DNA of 63,714 bases, counting the filler, from Octopus bimaculoides (Eukaryota): assembly GCF_001194135.2 (NCBI RefSeq). It is 6 parts of 6 records of this genome, joined end to end, with 100 filler letters (N's around TTAATTAATTAA, not from the genome) between each part and the next. Parts side by side here need not be neighbours in the genome. Positions count along the whole stretch, not along the records: positions 9,725 to 20,188 come from NC_068986.1; positions 20,289 to 28,269 come from NC_069008.1; 4 more parts are not named here. One strand, 5' to 3'. Each line of letters starts with the position of its first letter. Within the stretch, counting starts at the first letter, position 1. The position numbers and the translations under genes were made by a program. The notes below the pieces were generated by a model. That model had not been told where the DNA came from, made no database searches, and worked only from the letters and a program-made list of their open reading frames with translations. Shown piece by piece: positions 13,082-23,850 of the stretch.

Positions 13082-13472
13082 GGAGGCGCAATGGCCCAGT
13101 GGTTAGGGCAGCGGACTCGCGGTCATAGAGGATCGCGGTTTCGATTTCCAGACCGGGCATTGTGAGTGTTTATTGAGCAAAAACACCTAAAGCTCCACGA
13201 GGCTCCGGCAGGGGATGGTGGCGAACCCTGCTGTACTCTTTCGCCACAACTTTCTCTCACTCTTACTTCCTGTTTCTGTTGTGTCTGTATTTCAAAGGGT
13301 CAGCCTTCTCACACTGTGTCACGCTGAATCTCCCCGGGAACTACGTTAAGGGTACACGTGTCTGTGGAGTGCTCAGCCACTTGCACGTTAATTTCACGAG
13401 CAGGCTGTTCTGTTGATCGGATCAACTGGAACCCTCGACATCGTAAGTGACGGAGTGCCAACAACAACAACA
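13082..13472 (+). mobile_element. SINE family B, full length with (CAA)n tail
   Basis: tRNA-like head with B-box-like GGTTTCGATTTCC; ends GGAGTGCCAACAACAACAAC. Confidence 0.9.
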
Positions 13473-13739
13473 TTATGCCAATAATTAACATGCACACTGG
13501 TTCTATTTCACTTCTTTTATTATTATTATTAGTCAACTAGTTAATCATTTAACCAATTTACTAATCAGTTGTTTGATTAATCATTCAGTCAACCAATCAA
13601 TCATCTAGGTTTATCAAAGTCCTTTTGTTACCATTTGTGATCCCATCAATTACATACCCACTCTATTTCACATCTGCTTTAGGTTTGCCTGCCTGTCTGT
13701 CACAAAAAAATAAACTGTAGATAAAATATAACATCTAAT

Positions 13740-14265
13740 TCAGACAGAAATATTCAAGGCATCTGTCATCATCATCAATGACATTTTCCACTGATTATTT
13801 AAAGATTTATGAAAGTTCAAAAGCATGTGTTCAAACCATCTTATTTGAAGAATTACTGCCTGAAGGATGATTAGAGTATGTATCTCCCCACTGGTGCTAT
13901 ATCTAATCTGGTAGACAGCTTGACTTTCCCAACAACAGCTGACCTCAACAAGACTCAAGTAAGTCCTGCAATGGATTATAACTCCCACATTTGCAACAGG
14001 ACAACTGTTATACACAAGCATTGTAAATAACATCCATTTGATTAGCATGAAGTCAATAAGCAACACACTCCAACTTTTGGCCCAGAGACATGTTGTCTCC
14101 TCTCTCTGCCTTTTCTACCACCATTTCAGTGGTATCTTCACTTCAGAGCTAAATAGTGTTGTACCATCTCCACTCAGATCCTTCCAACTCCCTTATCTCT
14201 CCACCACTTCCCATCGCCTATATCCTGTTCTCCTCTTCAAATCCCACACTAACCATTATGCCTAG
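13740..14265 (+). pseudogene. Possible highly decayed LINE (CR1/L2-like) AP-endonuclease fragment
   Basis: Translation SNTLQLLAQRHVVSSL...YHHFSGIF loosely resembles the GxTLDL...SDH end of APE domains; many stops. Confidence 0.3.
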
Positions 14266-14894
14266 TCCTTCCTCCTAAGAAAACCAGCCTCTGAAATGTG
14301 AATTTAATCAAAATAAATTACCATATTGTTAATTTAGCTTTTCAGTTACGGAAATTTTATCTGAATATCAATTCATCCTTTCTACTGTGTTTCTAACAAG
14401 ATAAACAGTGTATTTCAATTAATTTTTTTAAATAATCAACAAATTTGGGGGGAATTAATAGAATGACTCCACCACAAGGTCCAGTCCTTGTTGCAGGACA
14501 CTTGCTGTGTGCCTTAATGACCCAGGGAGCTATGCCAGCAGAGCACAAGCTCCTAGTAGGGTCTCCCATGCTGGACAAGTCAAGGGGATAGAGGTCAGAT
14601 TAATATGGACCACTTCTCTCCAGAAATAAAAATGGGTCTGCATAGGGCAAGAAAAAAGCTAAGTTACAGAAGCATCAATAACAAATCAAAACCAACAAGA
14701 TTTAGGAGAGGATAGCCTTCTGATATGGTGCAGCAAAATCTGAAAAGGAAACTGCAGGAAAAGTAAGGATCTAACAGGAGAGAAACAAAAGAGACAACCC
14801 AGAGTTAAGAGCAATGGAGAAAAGTTATTGATGGCTTATGCTCCATGGAAAGCAAAGCAGTTAAGTAAGTGGTCATTATTGATTTCGAATTTTG

Positions 14895-15094
14895 GAAACA
14901 AAGCAATAATTTGTGGGGAAAGGAAAATCAATTACATTGATCCCAGTGCTCAACTGGTCTTTATTTTATTGACCCTGAAAGGATTAAAGGCAAAGTTGGC
15001 CTCGACAGAATTTGAACTCAGAACATAAAGATGGATGAAATATTGTTAAGCAATTTGCCCAGCATGCTAACAATCCTGCCAGCTCACTGCCTTA
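14895..15094 (-). mobile_element. SINE family C copy (left member of an inverted pair)
   Basis: Reverse complement of 15119-15337. Confidence 0.8.
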
Positions 15095-15118
15095 AACATG
15101 GTTGTTATTAGTCTAGTG

Positions 15119-15337
15119 TAAGGCAGTGAGCTGGCAGAATCATTAGCATACAGGGCAAAAATGCTTAGCAGTATTTCATCTGTGGCTACATTCTGAGTTC
15201 AAATTCCACTAAGGTCAACATTGTCTTTCATCCTTTTGGGGTTGATAAAATAAGTATCAGTTTAACACTGGGGTCAATGTAATCAACTCATCCCCTCCCT
15301 CTAAAATTACTGCCCTTGTGGCAAAATTTGAAACCAT
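15119..15337 (+). mobile_element. SINE family C copy (right member of an inverted pair)
   Basis: AAGGCAGTGAGCTGGCAGAATC head with B-box-like GAGTTCAAATTCC. Confidence 0.8.
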
Positions 15338-15965
15338 TATTAATTGTTTGAAATATTACTTAACAAAATGTTCTTATACAAAATTATGGTGAGAGATTTT
15401 AATTTAAATATGAACAATTTAAAGCCATCAGTTTTCAAATGAGAAATGATTTCAGGTAAGTTGCTGTAAAAATGGTTTAAATTTTCCTTAAAAAAATAAA
15501 ATTACAATGTATAAAAAAAATTTTTTTTTTAATTAGATATGGCCTTTAGTCGATGGGGATTATCCCCACTTGATAAGTATTTCTGAACATGCAAGATTAA
15601 GCAAAGGACTGTAAACATAGCATGTTAACGTCTAAGTTTATACTTCTTTTTCCGTTTATCTGCCCACCTTTACTTTCATGTTTTTTTTTCTTTCTGGATT
15701 TGATTTTAAAACACAATACCCTGAATTTTGATTCTGACAAACTGATAATGAGCATAAAATAATAGTAAAAAATATAAACAGATATACATATAACTTGCTA
15801 AAAAAAGCATTCCCTGATAATAAATTTTTAAATGTAGGTATGTGGGACAGATATAAAGAATAAGTATATAAAATAAATCCCTTTGAAATCATGAGCACAG
15901 TTAAATACAAAATACAAATGACTTTGGTTCAATTGCAAATAGTCCAAGAACTGCTATGAAAGGCA

Positions 15966-16030
15966 TCAGTGACAACATTTTGGTCCACTTTTTGATTTTT
16001 CAAAAAGATTTGAGTCTTCTCGGTTGATTT
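15966..16030 (-). CDS. RAB34: Rab34/Rab36-like GTPase, terminal coding exon: (K)INREDSNLFEKSKSGPKCCH*
   Basis: A poly-T tract and TTTCAG acceptor lie at 16031. The phase-1 join with the previous exon is in frame. It resembles the human RAB34 end RINSDDSNLYLTASKKKPTCCP and has a CCX prenylation motif followed by TGA. Confidence 0.88.
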
Positions 16031-16410
16031 CTGAAATTAAAAAAAAAAAATACATTAGTAAGAGAAATTAGTAAAGATTTCAATAATTTATAAAATAATT
16101 ATTTCTAGGGGTCCAGACCCTTTGAGCAAGTATCTTCTACTATAGCCTCAGGCTATAGAAGATGATAGCAGTGACAGCAGCAAAACATGAGACTAAGTGA
16201 ACATTTGGGAATAGGAAATAAAATTCTAATAAGTTATATCTATGATCTGGTTTCAGTTTTTGATTGGAACCAATTTTCTTTGCAAGATATCAACTGATAT
16301 TCATTTAAACTCACACTCGTAATTTGTATAACATTAATACCTTCAGTTTTTCTATCATTAAAATACCCTTGCTGTACATTGATTTATCAGTTATCAAAAG
16401 TACTATCTAT

Positions 16411-16636
16411 TTAACCTTTGGCATTTAACCCAGCCATATCTAGCCAAAATATTCTACCTGCTTTATGTTCAAATTGACCAAATCCAGCCTCTCACATCAA
16501 CCCTACAATTTCATTCTAAAAGCAAACAGTCACATCACTAAAATCTCAAAGCTATGATATAATGCATGATTAATTAAAACAGCATGAATAAATAAGCATT
16601 GCATTTGACAAAGCAATCTGAATGCTAAAGGGTTAA
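16411..16636 (+). mobile_element. piggyBac-type MITE (~218 bp) in the last Rab intron
   Basis: TTAA-CCTTTGGCATT ... AATGCTAAAGGG-TTAA: TTAA target duplication plus CC(C)TTT terminal inverted repeats; three copies in the window. Confidence 0.75.
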
Positions 16637-16835
16637 ACCTTTTCAAAGTGAATTATTACAGCACAAGGTTATTTTCTAGTTTCAGATGATAATGGCCAGA
16701 AAGACATGAAGTTAAGTACCCTGTTTCAAGACAGAGGACACACAACAAAATGTCTATTGTAATAATCCATAAACCCATTGGTGTCATAACTATTCTCTAT
16801 GCTATGATAAAATTTCTATGTTCATATATACTTAC

Positions 16836-16952
16836 TAAATATATTATTTCCAATTTTTTTGCCAGAAGCTTCAGTCGGTTCAAGTTCTCTTAAGACAGCT
16901 CTGTCAAATGCCAAAGACACAGCACGGAAGAAGAATTCTTTAACATTCTCTC
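16836..16952 (-). CDS. RAB34: Rab34/Rab36-like GTPase, penultimate coding exon: GENVKEFFFRAVSLAFDRAVLRELEPTEASGKKIGNNIF
   Basis: TTGCAG acceptor and GTAAGT donor, 117 nt, phase 1/1. It matches RAB34 GENVREFFFRVAALTFEANVLAELE. Confidence 0.92.
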
Positions 16953-17151
16953 CTGCAATACAAAAAGAAAAAATAAATAAATAATAATAATAAAAATAAA
17001 ACAATTTAAATTTCAAGTTAGCATGAGATAATATTTCAATATTTCTATTATGCTACCATGATGTACACTACCATATGATATGCGATATCATGATAAATGC
17101 TACTTACAAAACATCATTATATACTCTAATATAGGATATTATATCAAGATC

Positions 17152-17340
17152 ATCATCATCATCATCGTTTAACGTCAGTTTTCCATGCTGGCATGGGTTG
17201 GACGGTTTGACTGGGGACTGGCAAGCCAGGGGGCTACACCAGGCTCCAATCTGATCTGGCAGTGTTTCTACAGCTGGATGCCCTTCCTAACGCCAACCAC
17301 TCTGAGAGTGTAGTAGGTGCTTTTTATGTGCTATCGGTAT
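17152..17340 (-). mobile_element. RTE-tail-like repeat (family D)
   Basis: (CAT)n followed by CGTTTAACGTC...CAGCTGGATGCCCTTCCTAACGCCAACCAC. Confidence 0.75.
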
Positions 17341-18645
17341 GGCAGCCATTCAGGTGGCACGGACATCAGCCACGTTTGGATAGTGCTTTTTATGTGCCAC
17401 CGGCACAGGAGCCAGTCAAGACAGGGGATGGACTGGCATCAGCCACGTTCGGATAGTGTTTTTTTACGTGCCAGCAGCACAGGGAGCCGGTTAGGTGGCT
17501 CCGGCAGTGATCCACGCATAAATGGTGCTTATTGCGTGCCACCAACACTGATAATGGTCATAACTACAATTTCCATTTGATTGTAATTTGATTTGATTTT
17601 GATTTACTTGACTCAATAGGTCTCCTCGAGCACGGAATGTCACCTGACGATTCAAAGGTACCTTTTAAATGGGCTGGTTATGCAACACTGGCGTAGGCTA
17701 TGGGTGTGATCTCACTTTCCTTGCTGGGTTTTTTCAATCACAGCATATCTCCAGATGAGGTCACTGTGAGCCAATGGCAATCTACATGAGTGGTGTCTTG
17801 TAAAAACATCCAGCATGTAAGCTGGCAAACCATGCAGCTGGTCCAAGCCCATAGCCATACACTCTAGAGTTGGAGTCAACATCCAGGAGCAGTGAAGTGT
17901 GGAGCAAGAAGCAAGAAGAATCTACATCGTCAGTGACCTTCCCTTAAATATACATCAATATTATGGAGAGAGAGAGAGGCTTTCATGCATGAGCACCTGC
18001 TGTTCTTCCTCAAAAGTCTTGCCAAACATGCACATACATGTGCAGATGTATGCTCAACCATGACCAATTGAGGCCCCAGATGTAAACAAAGTTCCTTTCC
18101 AATGGTTATGGACAATATATAAGATTCATAAACCCACAAAAATCTCAAACAAGCAGATCTACAAACAAAAATGGTTGTAGCACTTAAGTATTTGAAATAT
18201 AATGGAAAATTTGTTTATTCAGACATGTAATCAGAATATTTCAAGAAAGTATCCCTAAAGATGAATTATAATGGGTACTTGCATGTCTACAGACATATCA
18301 TCTTAGGACCATACAATCCGATCTGGATGAAATGCAATTCATTTGAGACAAAGTTGAACCTGATCTCAAAGACAACTAAAATCAGGAATTCATTAACTGA
18401 AGCTTAATGGTTCACCATTAACTAAAAATGGCTTGAGTATTTCACTAATCCAGTATCCATTTTAAAACAAAGAATCAGTTTACTTGATTATCAGGGAGCT
18501 TTAGAATACCTTACACAATTATTCTGACCATTTAAATTGCTCTTTGCCCTGTTTGTTGATCAATTGATAGACATTTGATATCATTATCTGATTATCTGCT
18601 TAGGTTTGTCATCAAATACCTCCTTATAACATAGAATGGCATTAC

Positions 18646-18736
18646 CTGTTTTAGAGGACAAAGCCCAATATTCTGCATCTATAGAATTGGCTACTTCTAT
18701 TGCCTGAAGTTCTACATTCCTATAAGCTGCTTCTGA
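18646..18736 (-). CDS. RAB34: Rab34/Rab36-like GTPase internal exon (G5 region): SEAAYRNVELQAIEVANSIDAEYWALSSKT(G)
   Basis: CTTTCTTTCTGTTTCAG acceptor and GTAATG donor, 91 nt, phase 0/1. AEYWALSSKTGENV matches the family AEYWxVSxxTGENV motif. Confidence 0.92.
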
Positions 18737-19306
18737 CTGAAACAGAAAGAAAGTTAGGAGAGATTGTTACAGCATCTCAATCAAAACAGCTGACGCCAAC
18801 AATGACACAGCACAGCACCAAACACAGCTCAAACACAACACAGACATCGCCCCAAACAACAATATAGCTACACCATACAACACAACCAACAGCAATACAA
18901 CACAGTCAACACAAGCCCACACAACACAACAATAACACAATACATGGTCATGTGATCAACAATCTAGTATCTTAACCAAGCATCTAATTATCATCATCAG
19001 TTTAATGTTCACTTTCCCATGCACACATTTGTAGAAGTAAATTTTCTATGGCCAGATACCTTTCCTGTCTCCAGCCCTCTCCTTCCCTTTTTCCCTATCT
19101 TTATATGTATCTACCCTCTTGATTCCCCCCCCCCGCCTCACACACACACAACATCTTCTCCACAAACCCATCCTGCATACGCACTTTTTTTCCTTTCTAT
19201 TTCTTCGCAGTACTTTCTTAACAAGGTCAGACACACAATGTAATAGCATGGCTTTGATGCAAGTCTGAGGAAGTACCACTCCAATGCCTAAAACTGAATA
19301 TGTTAC

Positions 19307-19643
19307 AAAGTTAAAGAAGTGATTTTAAATTCTCGATCGATCTCAATGCTTCTAAAAGCAAACTTTGTTTGTTTATTTACGTTTGTCGTAATTTGAATTT
19401 AACGTATGATAGCGTCTCATAAAGCGAGATTTCTATACATCTTAAATTTGCAGAGGAATTTGTAGTGGGGTAGTTTAGCTTAATCGGTCAAAGCATCGTG
19501 ACGCATAATCACGGGGATGTGAGTTCGAGTCCACAGCTAGCCACCTACACTTTTTACTGCAAAATAGGGGTAGTTTATCCTGTTCAGGCTATATTATTAG
19601 CATTATTGTGCAATTGAGAATTTAAAATCACTTCTTTAACTTT
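19307..19643. mobile_element. Putative MITE-like element with perfect 28-bp inverted repeats enclosing a tRNA-like sequence
   Basis: AAAGTTAAAGAAGTGATTTTAAATTCTC (19307-19334) and its exact reverse complement (19616-19643). Confidence 0.55.
19468..19543 (+). tRNA. tRNA-Met(CAT)-like pseudogene
   Basis: Acceptor GGGTAGT/GCTAGCC (1 mismatch), D arm AGCTTAATCGGTCAAAGC, perfect anticodon stem CGTGA/TCACG with loop CGCATAA, T loop GTTCGAGTCC. U33 is G and the T stem is bulged. Confidence 0.6.
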
Positions 19644-20011
19644 CTAAGACATCTCAACGCTTCTAAAAGCAAACTTCGTTTGTTTGTTTACGTTTGTCGT
19701 AATTTGAATTGAATATATTACGTAATTTTTCTTTTAGAATTTTCACATAGACTGGCATTGCAAATGGAGATGGTACAGAAACATGTGTAATGCACAATTA
19801 AAGATGTGTTAACGAATTTTCTTTGTCTTCTTCTTTCCATTGGATTATTTAATCTTCACCAAACCATATGACAGTATAATCATCGTGAAACTTGGATTTT
19901 CTGCACACCAGAAGTACTTCGACTTGGGCTTGGATCCCGACAGTGTTGATAGCCCAGTATTCAGGTTGAGTGCTTCTCTGAAAATACCCCAACTTCACAC
20001 CCAACTAACTT

Positions 20012-20067
<56 letters not shown>

Positions 20068-20948
20068 GCGGCAGAAATACCTCCCACATTTTAAACTTTC
20101 ACCTATGTGTTGCTAATGAACTTATGCAAGTGCCAATGATGTTTTCATTTAGCTAATGAACAAAAACTGTAACCCTTTGTTTAAACAANNNNNNNNNNNN
20201 NNNNNNNNNNNNNNNNNNNNNNNNNNNNNNNNTTAATTAATTAANNNNNNNNNNNNNNNNNNNNNNNNNNNNNNNNNNNNNNNNNNNNAAAATGGATACT
20301 TTTTAATAAAACTTTCACCAAATAATCGCTTATATCCTGAGTGTGTGTAAAGATTTGTTGGAAAAAATTTTCCAAGAGGTTAGGGAGAGGAGTTTCGGAA
20401 AATTCATCTGATATTTTCCCCTTGTAACTTTCTGGAAAACAGGAAATTTTTTTTTTTGAAATTTATACAAAATACCTTTCAAACAGTGTAGATTATGATT
20501 ACAAAGAAATTTGGAAGTGGGTTGGGGAAGAGTTTCTGGAAAATGTAGTTTCAGATCAGACATAAGCTACATAAGACTTCTTTTTTTTTTTTTTTTACCA
20601 AAGTCTTCAGAATGATGGGAGGCATCTTTGATTTCTTCCACACTTTGATGGTTGATGTTTATTTTTGATATGCAGGTGTTTAATGAAAAGTACTGTTTTT
20701 ACCAAACAGTTTTCGTTGGGTCTAATCCCTGTCATGTGACAGATCATGTGACAGATGGCCCTGTCATGTGACAGATCATGTTGAGTTACATATTACCAGT
20801 AAGAGTGACTTAACATATATGTATACATGTATTCATACAAACATACGTACAAACGGCTACATGCTAGTGTCTGCTAGAGATATTAACGTAACCCATAACT
20901 TTTTAGTGGACGACCTCAAGAAAAAACCTTCTGGAAAAGAAATAAAGA

Positions 20949-21322
20949 AGGCGTAGGAGTGGCTGTGTGGTAAGTAGCTTGCTTACCAACCACATGGTCC
21001 CGGGTTCAGTCCCACTGCGTGGCATCTTGGGCAAGTGTCTTCTACTATAGCCTCGGGCCGACCAAAGCCTTGTGAGTGGATTTGGTAGACAGAAACTGAA
21101 AGAAGCCCGTCGTATATATGTATATGTATGTGTTTGTTCCCCCAACATCGCTTGACAACCGATGCTGGTGTGTTTATGTCCCCGTAACTTAGTGGTTTGG
21201 CAATAGAGACCGATAGAATAAGTACTAGGCTTCCAAAGAATAAGTCCTGGGGTCGATTTGCTCGACTAAAGGCGGTGCTCCAGCATGGCCACAGTCAAAA
21301 GACTGAAACAAGTAAAAGAGTA
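20949..21322 (+). mobile_element. SINE family A, full-length reference copy
   Basis: Head GGCGTAGGAGTGGCTGTGTGGTAAG through tail GACTGAAACAAGTAAAAGAGTAAA. Confidence 0.9.
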
Positions 21323-21699
21323 AAGGTAGGGGCTTAAGATCAGTACAGATAGACTTCAAATGTTGCATAGTTCTTCTCAAACAGCACTTTCCAAACAACA
21401 GCTGCAAAAATAAATGCATTAGCTTAGTGTTGAAAAGTGAAGAAAACAATACCCAAGTGCTGGAAGTGAGATCTTCAGGAAGCAATCTCTTCCTGATGAC
21501 CTCTCATACAAAAGCTAAATCAGGTGGACAAGCATAGCTCAAAGAAGACCTGGAGGTGAAATGCTCAGCATACCAAAAAAGGCTATGTTTCCCGAATAAT
21601 TGAAGGAAACAGTAATATCGACATGAAGCGCAGCCTCTCATGAACTTAGGACTGATTCATCATATACTCTGAAGGCAATGCATTTATAAACCAGCAACA

Positions 21700-22350
21700 G
21701 GAGATTGCTACGAAATTTCTGATAAACAAAAGAGACAGTGAAGCTTTTGGAGTTCCAAGATGCAACCAAAAATGTAGATTGTTATATTTTTGAGGACCAC
21801 ATCACACAAGACTAGCAGCTGCACTAAAAATATCAACATACGACTTCCTGGTGGAAAACGACGTTGTCAGAAAAACAATATACAATGCCATTCGGGAAAA
21901 AGACTGCACTAGAATAAATACAGAGAATCTCCTGTTTAAATACTTACATAAACATGAACACAAGAAATACAGCCAAACCATTCCCATCAAAATATTCGCC
22001 ATTGTTGTTTGGACAGAAAAGAAAATGTATGTGCCCTCATAGGGGTCAGTTGTCCGACTGATGTGAATATCTCCAAAAATCAAAGGAATGAGGTTAACTG
22101 TGGACAATTCCTTTGAAATCTCCAGTTTCTATGTTGAGCTTAGAGATTTATACCAATAATTGGTGCATTTGGTTTTGTGAGTAAATGACTAAGTGGCAAT
22201 CAAAATAAGCTTGGGTTTTCAGGAAATCGACCAACTCACTCGGACATTCCAAATACAATCTGTAAGCAGAACAGTAAAAGCATACAAGACTTTTCTCATG
22301 CTGAAAATGTAATATTGATTCCAAAGATGGAGCTTTATATTATAATGGAA
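21700..22350 (+). pseudogene. Decayed 3' end of an RLE-type non-LTR retrotransposon (R2/R4/NeSL/CRE-like): zinc knuckle and restriction-like endonuclease
   Basis: Frameshifted pieces QKCRL..., SSCTK, NDVVRKTIYNAIREKDC, IVVWTEKK, VSCPTDVNISK, PIIGAFGFV and KLGF follow the CCHC + PD..(D/E)xK + IIGALG layout. Confidence 0.6.
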
Positions 22351-23478
22351 TTGAAGGTTTAGATACCTGTGGAGTATCTCCTTCTCCCATTATAATTGTT
22401 TTGTAGTTTCAAGGAACTGGAACGGGTCGCCAATTTGTGACGTCCATGTGAAGCGAGGTGATGAGAATGGCTCCTTAGTACATCACACGGTTGATATAAT
22501 AAATATAAATAGAACAATGCATAGATGTGCCAGAGGGAAATAAGAGACACAACTGGGTAGAATGTTTGAGAGAAGATTTATTGATATGTTAACATGTGTG
22601 ATTGTGTGTGCGACATATATACAGAATAATAGACAGGCCATCATAAGAATAAGATATATGTGTGTGTATGTAGGCATAGATGTATGCACATTAAGAACAT
22701 ACAAGGACGGCAGTGAAAGAGTCTATAGCCATCAAAGTGAGGAGTAAGTTCATAGACACAAGAATGATAAACACCAGTTTGTAGTCAATTGTACGCGATA
22801 GTTGAAATATTGTATCAAGAAGTTGCGGCAATGATGCAGAGCTGGTTGCAGTACATGTCGTATGTGAAGTTGTGGCTGAGATGCTGCTCCCTGGGTCACT
22901 TGGTGCAGGAGTTCTCGCAGGTTGTATATTCGTTGTTGATCCATTGTGGAGTAGTTCACGGACAATGCAGTGTTGTAACCTTGGTGAGTTGCTTGTTGAG
23001 TTGTGTACGTAGAGAGATGTTAGGACAAATGGTGACGGCAGAGATGGAGGTCACTGAATGCTGTTGGACGAAGATGATGAGTCTCCATGTGGCTGCTATT
23101 GTGTTGTCGCTGGAACTGGCGGTGTCTTGTGTGGTCACTGGCCAGACCTTAAAAGGTCTGGAACCGAATGACATCAAGATAAAGAAAAGTTAGGTTTTTT
23201 TATAAGGAGTTGTAGGCTTAGCTGAGGTAGGAAACAGGTTGTCACATGTGACCTTATATGAAGGCTGCGACTGGTTAGGTTGCATATTGGCGCGCGCAAG
23301 AGAGAAATTGCACCAATACCAACCAATCAGAGTAGTGGACACAACAAAGTCCAAAATGCAGCCAAAGGCTAGCTGTTATCTACTATGTTCATATGTATGT
23401 ATATATAATAGAGAGGAGAGGAATTTCACTCAAGTGTACGCTACAATATCTTTGTTAAAAAGCAACTCCTTTCTCAGA

Positions 23479-23850
23479 AGAGTGGCTGTGTGGTAAGAAG
23501 CTTGCTTCCCAAGCATTCAGTTCCGGGTTCAGTCCCACTGCGTGGCACCTTGAATAAGTGTCAACCTCAGGCTGACCAAAGCCTTGTCATTGGATTTGGT
23601 AGACGGAAACTGAAAGAAACCCATCGTATATATGTCTATGTGTGTATGTCTGTGTTTGTCTTCTCATCACCACTTGACAACTGGTGTCGGTGTGTTTACG
23701 TCCTCATAACATAGCGGTTCGACAAAAGAGATCGATAGAATAAGGACCAGGATTTAAAAATAAGTACTGTGGTCGATTCATTTGACTAAAAATTCAAGAC
23801 TGTGCCCCAGCATGGCCACAGTCTAATGACTGAAACAGGTAAGAAGATAA
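23479..23850 (+). mobile_element. SINE family A copy
   Basis: Matches the family A consensus. Confidence 0.85.

Noticed and set aside
16652-16720. Alternative last Rab exon after the CAG at 16721 (RYLTSCLSGHYHLKLENNLVL*)
   Set aside because: It has no prenylation cysteines at the end and a weak acceptor. The 16030-15966 exon fits far better.
19849-19979. Minus-strand exon-like ORF RSTQPEYWAINTVGIQ... after a TTTTCAG
   Set aside because: It has no similarity to Rab34 or any family I recognise, and no donor site.
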